Positions 1 through 12,690 of a DNA stretch of 64,000 nucleotides are shown piece after piece (the first letter of the stretch is position 1; each line of letters opens with the position of its first letter). The position numbers and the translations under genes are program-made. The notes beneath the pieces are model-generated. The model made no database searches, was not told where the DNA came from, and was given only the letters and a program-made list of their open reading frames with translations. Where the stretch lies: the NCBI GenBank assembly GCA_964016885.1, contig OZ024742.1:169136001-169200000 (forward strand), given 5' to 3'. Source of the DNA: Eledone cirrhosa. Lineage: Eukaryota.

Positions 1-2701
1 GTCAACAGCTTGAGGTCCGTGAAGATGGTGAACGTTCTTCCTTCAAGCATGTGCGAAAAATGCTTCACCGATAAGTATATAGCTAACAACTCCTGTCCAA
101 AGGTCTGTAGCAGGTTTCGGCAGGTTTCAGCTTCCTGGAGAAAAATTCCAACGGTTGCTGTTGATCATTCCTACTTTGTTGCAAAACTGCACCCACGGCA
201 GTATCCGATGCATCAACACAAAACGAAAGCTTAGCATTGGACACTGGGTGAGCCAGCAAAGATGCATTGGCTAGAGCAATTTTCACATTCTCAAAATCCT
301 CGAGCTGAGTTTCATTCAAAGAAATGTCTTTATTTTTCTTTCGGCAATTTTTCAAAATTTCCGTCAAAGAGAAGAGTAGCCTAGCACAATTAGGCACAAA
401 CCGCCTATAAAAATTAATCAGCCCCAAGAATTGGTGCAACTGACGGAGTGAGGTTGGTGGAGGCAAATCCTCTATAGCTTTAACTCTCTCAGGAATAGGT
501 CGAATACCGTCAGCGTCAATGACGTGGCCCCAAAAATTCAGAGATTCAGAACCAAAAACACATTTTGATGGATTAATCCGAACATTGTAATCCTTCAAAC
601 GACAAAATAGAAGGTCCAGATGGCGCAAATGTTTCTCTGGAGAAGAGCTAGCAACAAGAAGATCATCAATATATGTGTATACAAAATCGAGGCCGCGAGT
701 GACCTCATCCATAAATCACTGGAAGGTGCTAGCAGCATTTCTTAACCCGAAAGGCATGGAGAGAAATTCAAAAGATCCAAATGGCGTAGTTATAGCCATT
801 TTCAGGATGTCGTCTCTGTTGACAGGAATCTGGTTGTAGGCTTGTATCAAATCGAGTTTCGAAAAAATTTTACAACCTTGCAACGAGGATGCAAAATCCT
901 GCAGATGAGGGATAGGATACCGATCCTGTACGGTCATTGAGTTCAATTGTCTATAATCCCCTGTGGGTCTCCAATGGCCAGAAGATTTTGGCACCATATG
1001 TAATGGAGATGCCCACGGGCTCGTGGAAGGACGAATAATTCCGAGCTGCAGCATATGATCGAACTCGGACCGTGCTGCTTTCAGTTTGTCTGCTGGCAAT
1101 CGACGGGGACGTGAAAAAACCGGAGCGCCAGTAGTAGTAATGAAATGCTCCGTGGCGTGGTTCGGATCAGTGACTCTAAAATTTCCATGAGTCAGTTGCG
1201 GGAACAATTTCAACAATCCATGATATGGGTTTCCGGAGTTACCGATGAAAAATGTCGGGCTAACTGTAGAAACTTCTGCTGTCCTGCCACAAAGAGAAAA
1301 ACAAGTAATATCGTCGACTAACCGTTGGTGACGGACGTCCACCGTCAAAGAAAATGGTGCAGGAAGTCCGCGCCCAAAATCGGGTATGGCAGGTCGGCAA
1401 CAATGAAAACCCATTTGAAATCCTGACGAAGATTTCGAAACTGAAGAGGAAGCGAGATCTATCCAAAAGTTTGGATTGGTGACTGGTTGACAGCTGGCAA
1501 TTCAATCGACGACTCGAGAGGAGTTACTGTCATACAATTAACTGACCAAATACTACACGAAGCTCCTGTGTCTACGAGGAAGGCTCTTCCAGACAGGAGG
1601 TCCTCTATGAAGAAATGGCAGTTCTATTGTGTCTCGCAGAGTGCACTTGCCGCCTTTAGTGACTCTGATCTACATTTCCCGAAGCTGAATATTTACATGG
1701 AGGCCGGCAATGTTTTGCCTTCTCCGCGAAGGTGGCATGATACCAGCAAAATAATGGATTGCTGGCGGGCGAAGTAGTATGCTGACGTGGAGTCGCGAAA
1801 GAACGTGAACGACTCCTAGGCCGCCAGGAATACGGCCTATTCTCCCTGCATAACCGAGCGACTTGCTGCGTCAAAGCATCAATAGCTTTTAACATGGCAT
1901 CCTCGCGTGTCGAGACGGGCTGGTTCGAAATTACGGGCTGGTTCGAAATTGAAGAAGAAGCAGGTAAATTTGGGCCACCCATTGTCAATCTATATCAGCT
2001 TGGACGTATAAAAGTAAGTGATATTCACGTAAAAAGAATGCAGAAATTTCTTTAGATGTTCAGAACAACGGGAAAACAGCACAAATTTCCCTCAACATCC
2101 ATAAAGGTAGAAGAAGAGAAAAAAAAAAAAATGTTCTCAAGTGTCCATAACAGGGAAAATAATCCGGCGGGTTTGTAAAAAACAATCCAAAGTCGACAAG
2201 TCAAATCACTTCATGGCAGGAACTCTCAAAAAAAAAAATATATCAACAGCATACCACGCTGCTCAGTTAAGGCCGGGAAAAGAAGGCATCACGTGATGCG
2301 TCTTAGCCAATCAGATGGCTGCATTTCGAAGAAAGACAAAAAATTGGCAGGAAAATTATCGGCCATTACAAAAATTAAGAATTCTTCTTTTTCTTTTGGT
2401 TTGTCTGCTTAAAAAAAATGTTCAAAATGTTGTATTATCAGAAGGGTTGCCATTTTATAGTGTTCGATGTTCGGGGTCAACCACTTTAGGAGAGATGGTC
2501 ACCATTTTAGAAGGCTGCGTTGTTTTACGATTTAGAGGGGAGTTCGTTTCCCTAGCTTGGCTGCGAGAACATCTCTTCTTTTTGTTGTTAGGTGTAGGTA
2601 AACGATTAAGCAAAAAGAACATACCTCGAGATTATATGTACATGAGCATTTTAATCAGAGCAATAAACAAAACAGGTTATCTTATCAGTTGCTCCTCGAC
2701 A
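1..2701 (-). mobile_element. Decayed Gypsy/Ty3 LTR retrotransposon (5' LTR, PBS, gag remnant, protease-RT-RNaseH), running off the left edge
   Basis: Minus-strand ORFs 716-1414 ([26 protein letters not shown]) and 83-712 (YIDDLL, FLGLINFYRRF, DASDTAVGAVL) are split by a stop. There is a protease-like FLVDTGAS near 1560-1590 and a gag CWYH..F..KA.HC.PPC motif in ORF 1656-1988. Confidence 0.93.
2485..2701 (-). repeat. Putative 5' LTR of the Gypsy element, with PBS at 2471-2483
   Basis: The minus strand reads TGGTTGACCCCGA, close to the common Gypsy PBS TGGTGACCCCGA. The adjacent segment has imperfect inverted ends (TTTAGGAG...CTCCTCGACA). Confidence 0.6.
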
Positions 2702-2749
2702 TGATTGGTAATTCGTAATTATCATTTTGTGGGGGTTTTCAAATATCCC

Positions 2750-5700
2750 GTGACCGCATGGTGCAATATCGCTGTTTCGCCACCGTGAAACGCGTCTGGT
2801 CGCCTCAAGAGACAAAGTCCTAGAGTGTGTATTCAGCTACTGACGTCAGAACTAAGGGCAGTTAATCGACTGCCTCCAAAGTCAAAAGCTAGGTGGCGTG
2901 ATCTCCTACAACAGTATGCCACACCTGGAGCAGCAGCAACAACAACTACTACACCAATGGTTGAAAATCCAACAAGGCCAACAATGCCAACAACAACAAT
3001 AATATTAGCTGAAACAATTACAGCACCAACAGCAGCAGCACTACCATCAGCAACAACAGCACCAACGCCGGTGAAAGACATACCACTCCCTAATGTCATA
3101 CAGATGGATATGGATTAAGATGAGAGTAAGGAGTGGTAAACAGTCTGCCACAAGAACAAAGGAGAAAATGTAGGGAAAAGGAAAAAGGCTAAAGCCTTGA
3201 GGCAACAAATGCCAACACCCACATAAACCTCACCATCACCACCACCATCCACACCACAACAGACACTATAGACACCAACAACAACATTCCAAATCCTCGC
3301 CTGCAACAACAATAAACACCCCACCCCCACACCGCACAAAAAAAATGCATGAATTACACAGCCATAGATACAAAAAAAAAAAAAAACAGAAGCTGACACA
3401 CCACATAAAGCACAACACTACAATCACAGAAACTGATTACTTCATCCTACAAAAGATTATACTGCCCATATACATACAGATCAGACACATCACACAAGAA
3501 ACATACACTAATTTAAAAGTAAAATTCCCCAATGCAACTGGGGACTTCTGCACAACATTATCAATACAGATATACTCTGACATTCTTGTGGAGGTTATCC
3601 CTTCTGGCAGGTGGGCAGGACCATCATCCCTCCCTCCACACGAACAGAATAAATAACTCTTTCTCACTTTTCCTCCTCTTTATTTGATATGGTTTTCCTC
3701 AGGACTGGCAAGTGCACATAGCATGGGGTCGTCTTGGAAGCAGGACCAACTGCTCAATGACCTCAGGTCACTGAACATAGATGTGATGGCCATAAGTGAG
3801 ACCAAAGTATCCAAAGCACAAGCCTTCACACCTATTTTTGGTGGCTATGAGGTGTACATATCTCAAAGCAATCAAGTATTTGGGGGTGGAGTTGCTGTGT
3901 TATTTCAGAAAGTCTTGGATTTAATGTTACAAACTAGCTTCCTTGACCCAGAGGGCAAGCTGATGGTGCTAGACATGACCAGCAGCGAAGAGCATGCTTT
4001 TAGGCTTAGGAAGGCCTGATTCCTTCAGGCACCTGGAAAACTTTCTAGGACTGTCCTACTCCATAGTGATAGTAGGTGACAGGAATGATATCTTAGATGC
4101 ATGCTGAGACTGTGTGGGACTAGCTGATAGGGGAGGTGGGTGTAAAAGCCTTGCAAACCTGCTCAGACACTTCCAACTGTCTGACAGGTACTGATTAGAT
4201 TTCTCAGATTGCCAAGGTGGACATAGTCAAACCGCATCAAGTCATCCAGATCATATCTGGATAGAGTATTCTGTAGGGAAGTAGATAGGGTTAGCATAGG
4301 GTGTCCACAATTCAAAGTAGTCGACTACACAGACCACAAATTTGGGATCTGTACAATTAATTTAGATATGCTTCATATACAGGAACTATCTGAATGCATC
4401 ATTCCCAGTACGCAAAGGTTATAAAGACCGGATTAGTTAAGGGAACTTTGACAGGGCACTCAACAACAAATGGTGATTCACCCTGAAAAGGGCAATTAGG
4501 TAAAATCATTAAGGTTTAGTAAAGGAGTAATGACAGAGAAAACTAGACTGGTAGGTGAGCTAGTTAGAAAGCTGGAAGAATCCATTAGGAAAGGCATTGC
4601 AGACGTGCTCACAGTGAGATTGGCACTTGACCAATTCTTCAATGCAAAGCATGAAGACTGCATTGTCAGAGCTAAGGAACATGCTCTTAAACATGAAGGG
4701 ATGAAAGTCATTCGATGGGCCTGTGTGGAAGAGGTGCAGCATGAAAACAGACACAATTCAGTCTTTGATGAACCACAGCAAGTGACCAGTACTCAATTCC
4801 AAGCAGATATGTGTCGTTTTTTCAGAGACACTTAGCACAAATGTTTGGGAGTAGCGATGGGCCAGATTGAGAGATGGAGTTTAGTGCCTACCTCAATGGC
4901 CTGCTATGGCTCTTGGCAAAGGAGGCAAAGTGTTACAAAAAGCTAATAACAACCAATAAAATATAGGACATGATGACTAGCTGCACAAGAAGCAAATCAC
5001 CTGGTTTGGATGACCTGCCTACAAGCTTTGTTCAGTGATATCTTAGTGGACGTCTATACCACCAGAATTCCCAGTTCTGTGAGCCAAGGGGTGGTGACGC
5101 GGCTGAGAAAGGACTCGAATGAAGGGGACAATATAGATAATTTCAGGCCCGTAACTATGCTAAACACAGAGTTTAAATTTTGGCCAAGCTGTTAACAACG
5201 AGGTTGGCACTTGTCGTTGATGGTCTGGTAGAAGATGCACAAATATCCGCCATTCCAGATATATCCATTCACGACAACCTCCACCTTATATGATATATCA
5301 TAGAGAGGGTGGTTAAGGAACATGACACGAGTAAGGCCCTGATCGACATAGATCAATTGAAAGCTTTTGATAGGGTCGACCATCGTTACCTGGTGGCAGT
5401 CCTCAAGGCAGCAGGCTTTAAGTTTGAATTCAGAGGATGGATTGCTGCAATGCACATCGACATCTGTTCAGTTGTTAGAGTTAAAGGCCACCTCTCGGAA
5501 CTATTCAACATCATGTGCTCGGTCCGTCAAGATTTTCCTCTCTCATCTCTGTTGCATGTATTGAACATTGAGCTACTACTACACAGATTGGAGACATTGA
5601 GAGACATCCTACATGAACTAGGATGTGGAAGATCTATGACATTACTGGAATGCTTGCTCTTTTACTTTTTTTGGAAGGAATGTGTGTGAATGGAGTGGTC

Positions 5701-5980
5701 ACTGTTTGCTAGATGCATCTCCATAACAGAGCTGCAGTCCTGGATCAAGCAAAGATTGAGAAGAAGCATTTGGAAACTGGAATGTCTTCAAGAGCTCAGC
5801 CATCAGCCAATCAGGCAGTGTGATTGGAGAAACACTACCTTGGCATTCTATAGAAGTTTAGAGGAGGATAAAAATGACAACATTCTTTGGAAGACACTAG
5901 GAGTTGACAAAAATCAATTAGCCACTCTTTTCCAGAGGACTTTATTGAACTCCATCTGGGTCCATAAAATAAAGAACTAG
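2750..5980 (+). mobile_element. Degenerate L1/Tx1-clade LINE (low-complexity ORF1 remnant, APE endonuclease, RT)
   Basis: Fragments include NIDVMAISET, FLDPEGKL, KSPGLD, DNFRPVTMLNTE, IDQLKAFDRVDH and SVRQ..PLS.LL, with many stops and frameshifts. Confidence 0.85.
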
Positions 5981-6179
5981 TCAAGTACTGGCATCGTCGA
6001 TATAATTGACTTTGCCCTTTCCCCAAAAATAGTTCACCTTGTGCCTATATTAAAATTATTATTGTTAATAATATTATCGTCAATATTATTTTTTTTTTTT
6101 TAAATACTTTAACAACCAATTGCTATATGAATGATACCATAAGGGCATGAACAAAACGGTAAATGTCTTTACAAGGTAT

Positions 6180-9100
6180 TTAAACACACAACGGACATGT
6201 AGGTAAACACCATGACGGATTCTATAGAGTCCATGGAGACCAAGGGTTTGGCACAAGAAATGAAGACGGCTTCAGGCTTCTAGAATTCTGCGACGCCAAT
6301 GACAAGTCGATATGTAACACAAACTTCAAAAAACCCGACAACCATCTGATCACGTATAGATCAGGGGAGCATTCTAGTCAGATAGATTTTATCGTCATCA
6401 GAGGACGTGACAGATGGATGGTTGTAAACACAAAAGCCTTCCCTAGTGAGGAATGTACATCCCAACATAACTTAGTTGTCAGCGATCTCACAGTCAGAAC
6501 TAGCCGAACCTGGAAACAGAGGCCAACCTGGAGAAGAAAGATCTGGAAGCGGAAAGACCCCTCAACCAGTAACAGATTTAAAGATATTTTACTCGACGAC
6601 TATGACAGTAAAGAAGAACAGATAGAGACATTAAATGTAGAAGAGAACTGGGAGTTCCTAAAAAATAACTTACTAGAGGCGACGGATGAGGTCTGTGGCT
6701 GGAGTAAGACCACAAGCAGGAGGAGAGTGACTTGGTGGTGGAACAATAAGATAGATGAGGCAGTTAAGGCCAAGAGACAGGCATGGAAAGAATGGAAGAA
6801 TGGGGGAAGCAGGGTACATTATATAGAGACCAGGAGGGAAACTAGGCGACAAATATACTTAGCTAGAAGGGAAGCGGAGGATAGAAAATTCAAGCATATT
6901 TTTCAATGTGAGGACAAGAGACAGGAGGTGTTCAAGATTTCGAGGCAGTGTGTCAGAGAGAGTTGTGATGTCATTGGAGAGAAGTGTATCCAGAATAATA
7001 AAGGTGAGCTTACCCTCACAAGTGCTGAGAAGAAAGAAGCGTGGAAGAGGCATTATGAAAGATTACTAAAAGAGGAGAATGCATGGGAAGAAGAGACCCT
7101 ACCCCAAGTAGACCCTATAGAGGGGCCAGCAGTACAAGTCACCAGCAGCGTAGTAAGTAAGGCAATCAAAGATATGAAGATGGGGAAGGCAACCGGTCCA
7201 TCAGGTATAGCTGCCGAGATGTTGAAGGCATCTGGGTCTGTAGGTCACACCATAACCACACGTATTATTAACCAGGTAATTAGGGCGGTGGATTGGCAGT
7301 ATCGGTAGAGGGTCGGACGCCGTGCTTTACAGCACAATTACGTCCCTTTACGGACTGAGTTCAAATCCCGCCGAGGTTAACTTTGCCTTTCATCCTTACG
7401 GGTCGATAAAATAAAGTACCAGTAATACACTGGGATAATTGCTGGCCTTGTGCCAAATGTAGAAACAATTATAAGGCGGTGGATTGGCAGTATCGGTAGA
7501 GGGTCGGAGGCCATGCTTTCCAGCATAGTTACGTCCCTTTACGATCTGAGTTCAAATCCCGCCGAGGTAAACTTTGCCTTTCATCCTTACGGGATCGATA
7601 AAATAAAGTACCAGTAATGTACTGAGTAATTGCTGGCCTTGTGCCTAAAATTGAAACAATTATTAACCAGGTAATACTAGAAGGTGTCATACCAAAGGAT
7701 TGATGCAGTAGCATCATTGTCAACTGCTACAAAGGTAAAGGTGATGCACTAGATAGAGGAAACTATAGAGGTATAAAGCTGATGGACTAGGTCATGAAAG
7801 TAACGGAGAGTTATAGCACAGTTGATTAGGGACCGGGTGAAACTAAATGAGATGCAATTTGGGTTTGTGCCAGGAAGAGACACCACTGATGCCTTCTTCC
7901 TTGTGAGGCAGTTACAGAAAAAGTACCTAGCTAAAAGTAAGTCACTCTACCTGGCATTAGTCGATCTGGAGAAAGCCTTTGACAGAGTTCCCCGTGCTAT
8001 AATCTAGTGGGCTCTTAGAAAACTAGGAGTAGATGAATGGCATGTGAAAGCTGTACAACCCATGTATAGGGGAGCAGACAGCAAAGTTAGGATTAGCAAT
8101 GAGTATAGCAAGGAATTTGGTATACAGGTCGGTGTCCACCAGGGCTCTGTTCTTAGCCCTCTCCTGCAAGCAATAACGGAGGAGTTTAAGACGGATGCTC
8201 ATGGAAACTCCTGTATGCAGATGACCTCGCACTTATAGCTGAATCTATGGTAGAACTAGAGAAGAAATTCCAAACTTGGAAGCAGGGACTAGAAAGAAAG
8301 GATCTCAAAGTCAACCTGACAAATACTAAGGTCCTTGTAAGTAGACGAGAAAACAGAACCCAGATCCCCTCAGGGAAATGGCCTTGCTCAGTATGTAGGA
8401 AAGGTGTAGGTAGGAACTCCATTCTCTGCCCCAAATGCAAACAATGGGTACACAAGAGCTGTAGCGGGATCTCAGGAAGCTTAATTAAGAATGTAGGCTT
8501 CACATGCAGCAGCTGTGCTGGGACAGCAAGCAGCAAACAGCCACAGGAAACAAGTACCACCAATCTCTGGGAGGGCTCTGTAGAAACAGTAGACAGCTTC
8601 TGCTTCCTAGGTGACCGAATTAGCAGCGGAGGTGGGTGTTCAGAAAGTACAATAACTAGGGTAAGAACTGAATGGAAGAAGTTTAGGGAACTACTACCAC
8701 TGCTAGCTGCAAAAGGCTTCTCCCTCAAAATAAAAGGCAGACTGTATGATGCGTGTATATGAATAACAATGTTACATGGTAGTGAGACTTGGGCGCTGTC
8801 TGTGGAAGACTTGCGTAGATTAGAAAGAAACGAAGCCTGCATGCTCCGATGGATTTGTAATATTAACATACGCGAACGGCAAAGCATATATAAATTGAGA
8901 GAGAGATTGAGCATACGAGGAATCAAATGCTGTGTGCAGAAGAGGCGGTTGCGTTGGTATAGACATGTGATGTATATGAAGGATGACAGTTGCATAAAAA
9001 GGTGCAGAGCACTAGAAGCCGATGGAAACCGCGGAGTGGGGAGACCCAAGAAGACCTGGGATGAGGTGATAAAAGCCGACCTTACCCAATGACACCTCTC

Positions 9101-9470
9101 AAAGGTGATGACACAAGACCGTGACCTTTGGCATCACGCAGTAATACAGAAGACCCGACCCCCATGGGTACAAGCCGAAACCGAAGCATATAGACAATAT
9201 GCCCCCACACCTCCCACTCTAAAGTGGTCGTGGAGGTGCCACGGCAAAAAAGCATCCAGCCAACACTGTAAAGTGGACGTGTAGGTGCCACGGGAAAAAA
9301 GCACCCAGCACACATGGTAAATGAGGTTGGTGTTAGGAAGGGCATCCAGCTGTAGAAATCAAGCCAGAATCATTTCCCGTATGAGCAAGACATGGTCAGC
9401 CGACCAGCTACTGCCTACAACAGGACAAGCCGTCTAACCCATGCTAGCGTGGAAGAATGGACGTAAAACT
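6180..9470 (+). mobile_element. RTE-clade LINE family A, 5'-truncated and disrupted
   Basis: APE C-terminus (HLITYRSG..SQIDF), TWWWN, KATGPSGIAAEMLK, DLEKAFDRVP, GVHQGSVLSP, PHD-like Cys cluster, [15 protein letters not shown], then the family 3' UTR (GGAAGGGCATCCAGCTGTAGAAA). Confidence 0.93.
7281..7660 (+). mobile_element. Tandem dimer of a ~190-bp tRNA-derived SINE inserted into the RTE
   Basis: Two copies of GGCGGTGGATTGGCAGTATCGG...GAGTTCAAATCCC (A/B boxes), flanked by a 17-bp TSD ATTATTAACCAGGTAAT at 7264-7280 and 7659-7675. Confidence 0.9.
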
Positions 9471-9479
9471 AATTTAAAT

Positions 9480-9853
9480 AATTATTAAACATGCATTTAA
9501 AATATATATTAAAATAGAATTCCAGTAATAATCAGGAACTGATTATACAGAGCGGTTGCCAGTCCAGCAAAAATTGAAAATTAGAACTGGTGCACTGAAA
9601 TAGCGATATATATATGAATGTATATATAGTGTATTTTGCAATAAGAATCCAACATTCATAATTTTCAGCAAACAGGAGAAGTGCTGAGCTTTGATAAGTA
9701 CCAACAAGTACAAAACAGAGCTCTGTCAGCTTATCTCCCTTTGTTTGCTGAAAATAGAAGTAAGTGACATTGTCACTACTTAAAACAATAGTATAAGGTC
9801 TTCAAAATGCTTTTAATTAAGCATACAGTGTATTGCAAAATACACTATATATA
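9480..9853. mobile_element. Short non-coding fold-back element related to the 310-bp HHR unit
   Basis: 9534-9643 resembles the 310-bp unit (CAGGAACTG..GAGCGGTTGCC..CTGAAATAGCGATATA). 9797-9853 resembles its reverse complement (GGTCTTCAAAATG). An inverted repeat links 9621-9643 and 9831-9853. Confidence 0.65.
9685..9733 (+). ncRNA. Type I hammerhead ribozyme motif, U3-A8 core variant, probably inactivated (G12A)
   Basis: TGAGCT-TTGATAA-GTAC caacaa GTAC-AAAA-CAGAG/CTCTG-TC-AGCTTA. Stem I extends outward to TTTTCAGCAAACA/TGTTTGCTGAAAA. Confidence 0.6.
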
Positions 9854-10481
9854 CGAGGTGTGTCAGAAAAGTTCCAGGACTGATGTCACAAAAGATTTAT
9901 TTCAAACCCAAACTTCACAATCAGAGTTTTCTCCTTCAAAGTAATCTCCCTGGAGTATGTAACTGTAATCTTAGCTCTATGCAGCAATCAAACGTTTTTC
10001 TTCATAATTTTATATACAATTCCTCTGTTTCAGGTCATCAAGCAATGAGCACAGAGCAATGAACAAACTTGAAGTTTCTGCTACGGTTGGGGAAAACTCC
10101 GTCAGAAGCACTGGGATTGCTGCAGCAAGTGTATAGAGATGAGACGATGTCACGCTCACATGATTTTGAGTGGTGCAAAATGACCCCAGGAGCGGAAGGC
10201 CCTCAACAACTAGCACTGAGGTCAACGTTGAGCGCGTCAGGCAGATGGTGCGTAGCAATCATCGGCTGACTGTTTGACTGATGGCAAATGAGTAGGGCAT
10301 GAATTGGGATAGCGTCTGGAAAATTCTCACTGAAGATTTGGACATGCGGAAAGTCTGCGCGAAGATGGTGCCCAAGCTGCTGAACGATGACCAGAAGGGT
10401 CGACGCATGCAAGTGTGCCAGGACATCCTCGAGCGTCTTGAAACCGAACCAGACTTCCTCGGGACAGTCATCACCATTGAT
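9852..10481 (+). mobile_element. Mariner (Tc1/mariner) transposon 5' fragment
   Basis: TA + CGAGGTGTGTCAGAAAAGTTCC TIR-like start. Frameshifted transposase (LGKTPSEA, WKILTEDLDMRKVCAKMVPKLL, FLGTVITID) is truncated at the first catalytic Asp. Confidence 0.88.
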
Positions 10482-10701
10482 GGCGTAGTACAGAACAAAG
10501 GAGAGGCACAAAACAAAGAAAAGAATCTCCAGTCACTGAAGACCTCACAGAATGTGTGACGAAAGAACTTTGACAATATATGAACAACCGTCCGGTTGTG
10601 GAACCAACCAACCAACTGGAAATTTACAAATTTCTTAAATTTATAAGAAATTGGAGTGAAAGCAACTGGTGTGTGTGTTTATTAGTTTCTTATTGGCAAC
10701 A

Positions 10702-10718
10702 TGATCCTCCCAAAGTAT

Positions 10719-10773
<55 letters not shown>

Positions 10774-10912
10774 CCCTCCCAAAGTATAACAATATATATA
10801 TATATATATATAATGACCCTCCCAAAGTATAACAATATATATATATATATAATGACCCTTCCAAAGTATAACAATATATATATATATATATATAATGACC
10901 CTCCCAAAGTAT

Positions 10913-10949
<37 letters not shown>

Positions 10950-11200
10950 GACCCTTCCAAAGTATAACAATATATATATATATATATATATATAATTGTT
11001 TCTATTTTAGGCACAAGGCCAGCAATTACCCAGTACATTACTGGTACTTTATTTTATCGACCCCGTAAGGATGAAAGGCAAAGTTAACCTCGGCGGGATT
11101 TGAACTCAGATCATAAAGGGACGTAACTCTATGCTTCAAAGCATGGTGTCCGACTCTCTACCGATACTGCGAAAATGACCCTCCCAAAGTATAACAATAT
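10702..11200 (+). repeat. Array of a conserved ~24-bp motif TGACCCTCCCAAAGTATAACAATA separated by variable (TA)n
   Basis: Copies start at 10702, 10771, 10814, 10853, 10896, 10949 and, after an inserted SINE, 11176. Confidence 0.9.
10995..11172 (-). mobile_element. tRNA-derived SINE (same family as 7281-7660)
   Basis: Reverse complement of the SINE at 7281/7473. Confidence 0.88.
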
Positions 11201-11202
11201 AT

Positions 11203-11672
11203 ATCATCATCATCATCATCGTTTAACGTCCATGTTCCACGCTTGCATGGGTTTGGACGGGAGTTTTCCCACTTGAGGCAAGAGTGGTTGTCTTGCTCGC
11301 ATAGGACTGTCTGGCGGGTTTTCTACAGTTGGATGCCCTTCCTAACACCAACCACATTTACAGTGTGGGGCTGGGAGGTTTTTACCGTGTTGCCTACACG
11401 GCCACATTACAGCGTGGACTGTCTGGCGGGTTTTCTACAGTTGGATGCCCTTCCTAACACCAACCACATTTACAGTGTGGGGCTGGGAGGTTTTTACCGT
11501 GTTGCCTACACGGCCACATTACAGCGTGGACTGTCTGGCGGGTTTTCTACAGTTGGATGCCCTTCCTAACACCAACCACATTTACAGTGTGGGACTGGGA
11601 GGTTTTTACCGTGTTGCCTACACGGTCACATTACAGTGTGGACTGTGTATTTTTTTGTCGTGACACCTACAC
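11203..11672 (-). mobile_element. RTE family B 3' tail with an internal ~107-bp unit repeated about 3 times
   Basis: (CAT)n tail and sequence matching 18489-18735 and 35488-35735. The GGACTGTCTGGCGGG...CACATTACAG unit is reiterated. Confidence 0.85.
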
Positions 11673-11675
11673 GAT

Positions 11676-11720
<45 letters not shown>

Positions 11721-11730
11721 TACATATATA

Positions 11731-12553
11731 TATATTATTAAGTGTAATGAATTCTTTTACAATGGAATTAGCTCGAAGAAAGAAATATTTCTGAGCCGTG
11801 TATAAACTAATATATATGATGAAACACAGATACCAACACATCTGTATTTATATTGCAAAAGAAAATTTAGCCAGAATGAAGTATACTAATTATTATACTA
11901 CAGTTTGTCCATATCGATTTAAAATAATAAATCAACAAAGACGAACTGCATTGCCAAATGGCTATGATGTTTAGACACATTTAAATTTCAAAATCAAACC
12001 TGTTCCGTAGATAAGTTTAAACTTTAAAATCCAAATATGTTTCGAGATGAATAAGTGTAGGAATATCATGTCCTGCTCTCCTCAGTAAACATCCAGGGAC
12101 AAATTGATATGCTTCCCTTCTAAATAATTTAAAAGACTGTGTAACGCACATGGTTTACAGTTTCTAGCTAGTCTCATAACCGTACTGCTAGAAATAACAG
12201 TCGTATATATGAGGCTACATTCAGCTCAGCCTAGGAGCAGTTATATTATTAAGTGTAATGAATTCTTTTACAATGGAATTAGCTCGAAGAAAGAAATATT
12301 TCTGAGCCGTGTATAAACTAATATATATGATGAAACACAGATACCAACACATCTGTATTTATATTGCAAAATAAAATTTAGCCAGAATGAAGTATACTAA
12401 TTATTATACTACGTCTTTGTTGATTTATTATTTTAAATCGATATGGACAAACTGTAGTATAATAATTAGTATACTTCATTCTGGCTAAATTTTCTTTTGC
12501 AATATAAATACAGATGTGTTGGTATCTGTGTTTCATCATATATATTAGTTTAT
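11731..12553. mobile_element. Non-coding 511-bp HHR-containing tandem unit (about 1.3 copies) ending in an inverted segment, flanked by (TA)n
   Basis: Sequence from 11731 recurs at 12242. 12411-12553 is the reverse complement of about 11801-11943. Confidence 0.85.
11966..12093 (-). ncRNA. Type I hammerhead ribozyme with canonical core and long stem III
   Basis: Minus strand: GATGTTTA-CTGAGGA-GAG..CTC-GAAA-CATATTTGGATTTTAAAGTTTAAACTT..AGGTTTGATTTTGAAATTTAAATGTG-TC^TAAACATC. Stem I is a perfect 8 bp and the cleavage triplet is GUC. Confidence 0.8.
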
Positions 12554-12555
12554 AT

Positions 12556-12690
<135 letters not shown>

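Noticed and set aside
2335-2370. Minus-strand FPANF as the missing SH3 C-terminal exon
   Set aside because: There is no upstream GWW motif or splice context, and it lies in the Gypsy 5' leader.
7283-7375. tRNA genes (also 25110-25180, 51461-51530)
   Set aside because: A/B boxes are present, but they are heads of multi-copy SINEs with bodies and tails, and no full cloverleaf is evident.
8186-9049. Long antisense ORFs over RTE and PLE coding regions (also 32605-33270, 36481-36924)
   Set aside because: They are shadow frames of TE ORFs with no independent motifs.
10702-10990. CRISPR-like repeat-spacer appearance
   Set aside because: The spacers are pure (TA)n of variable length, there are no cas genes and the context is eukaryotic.
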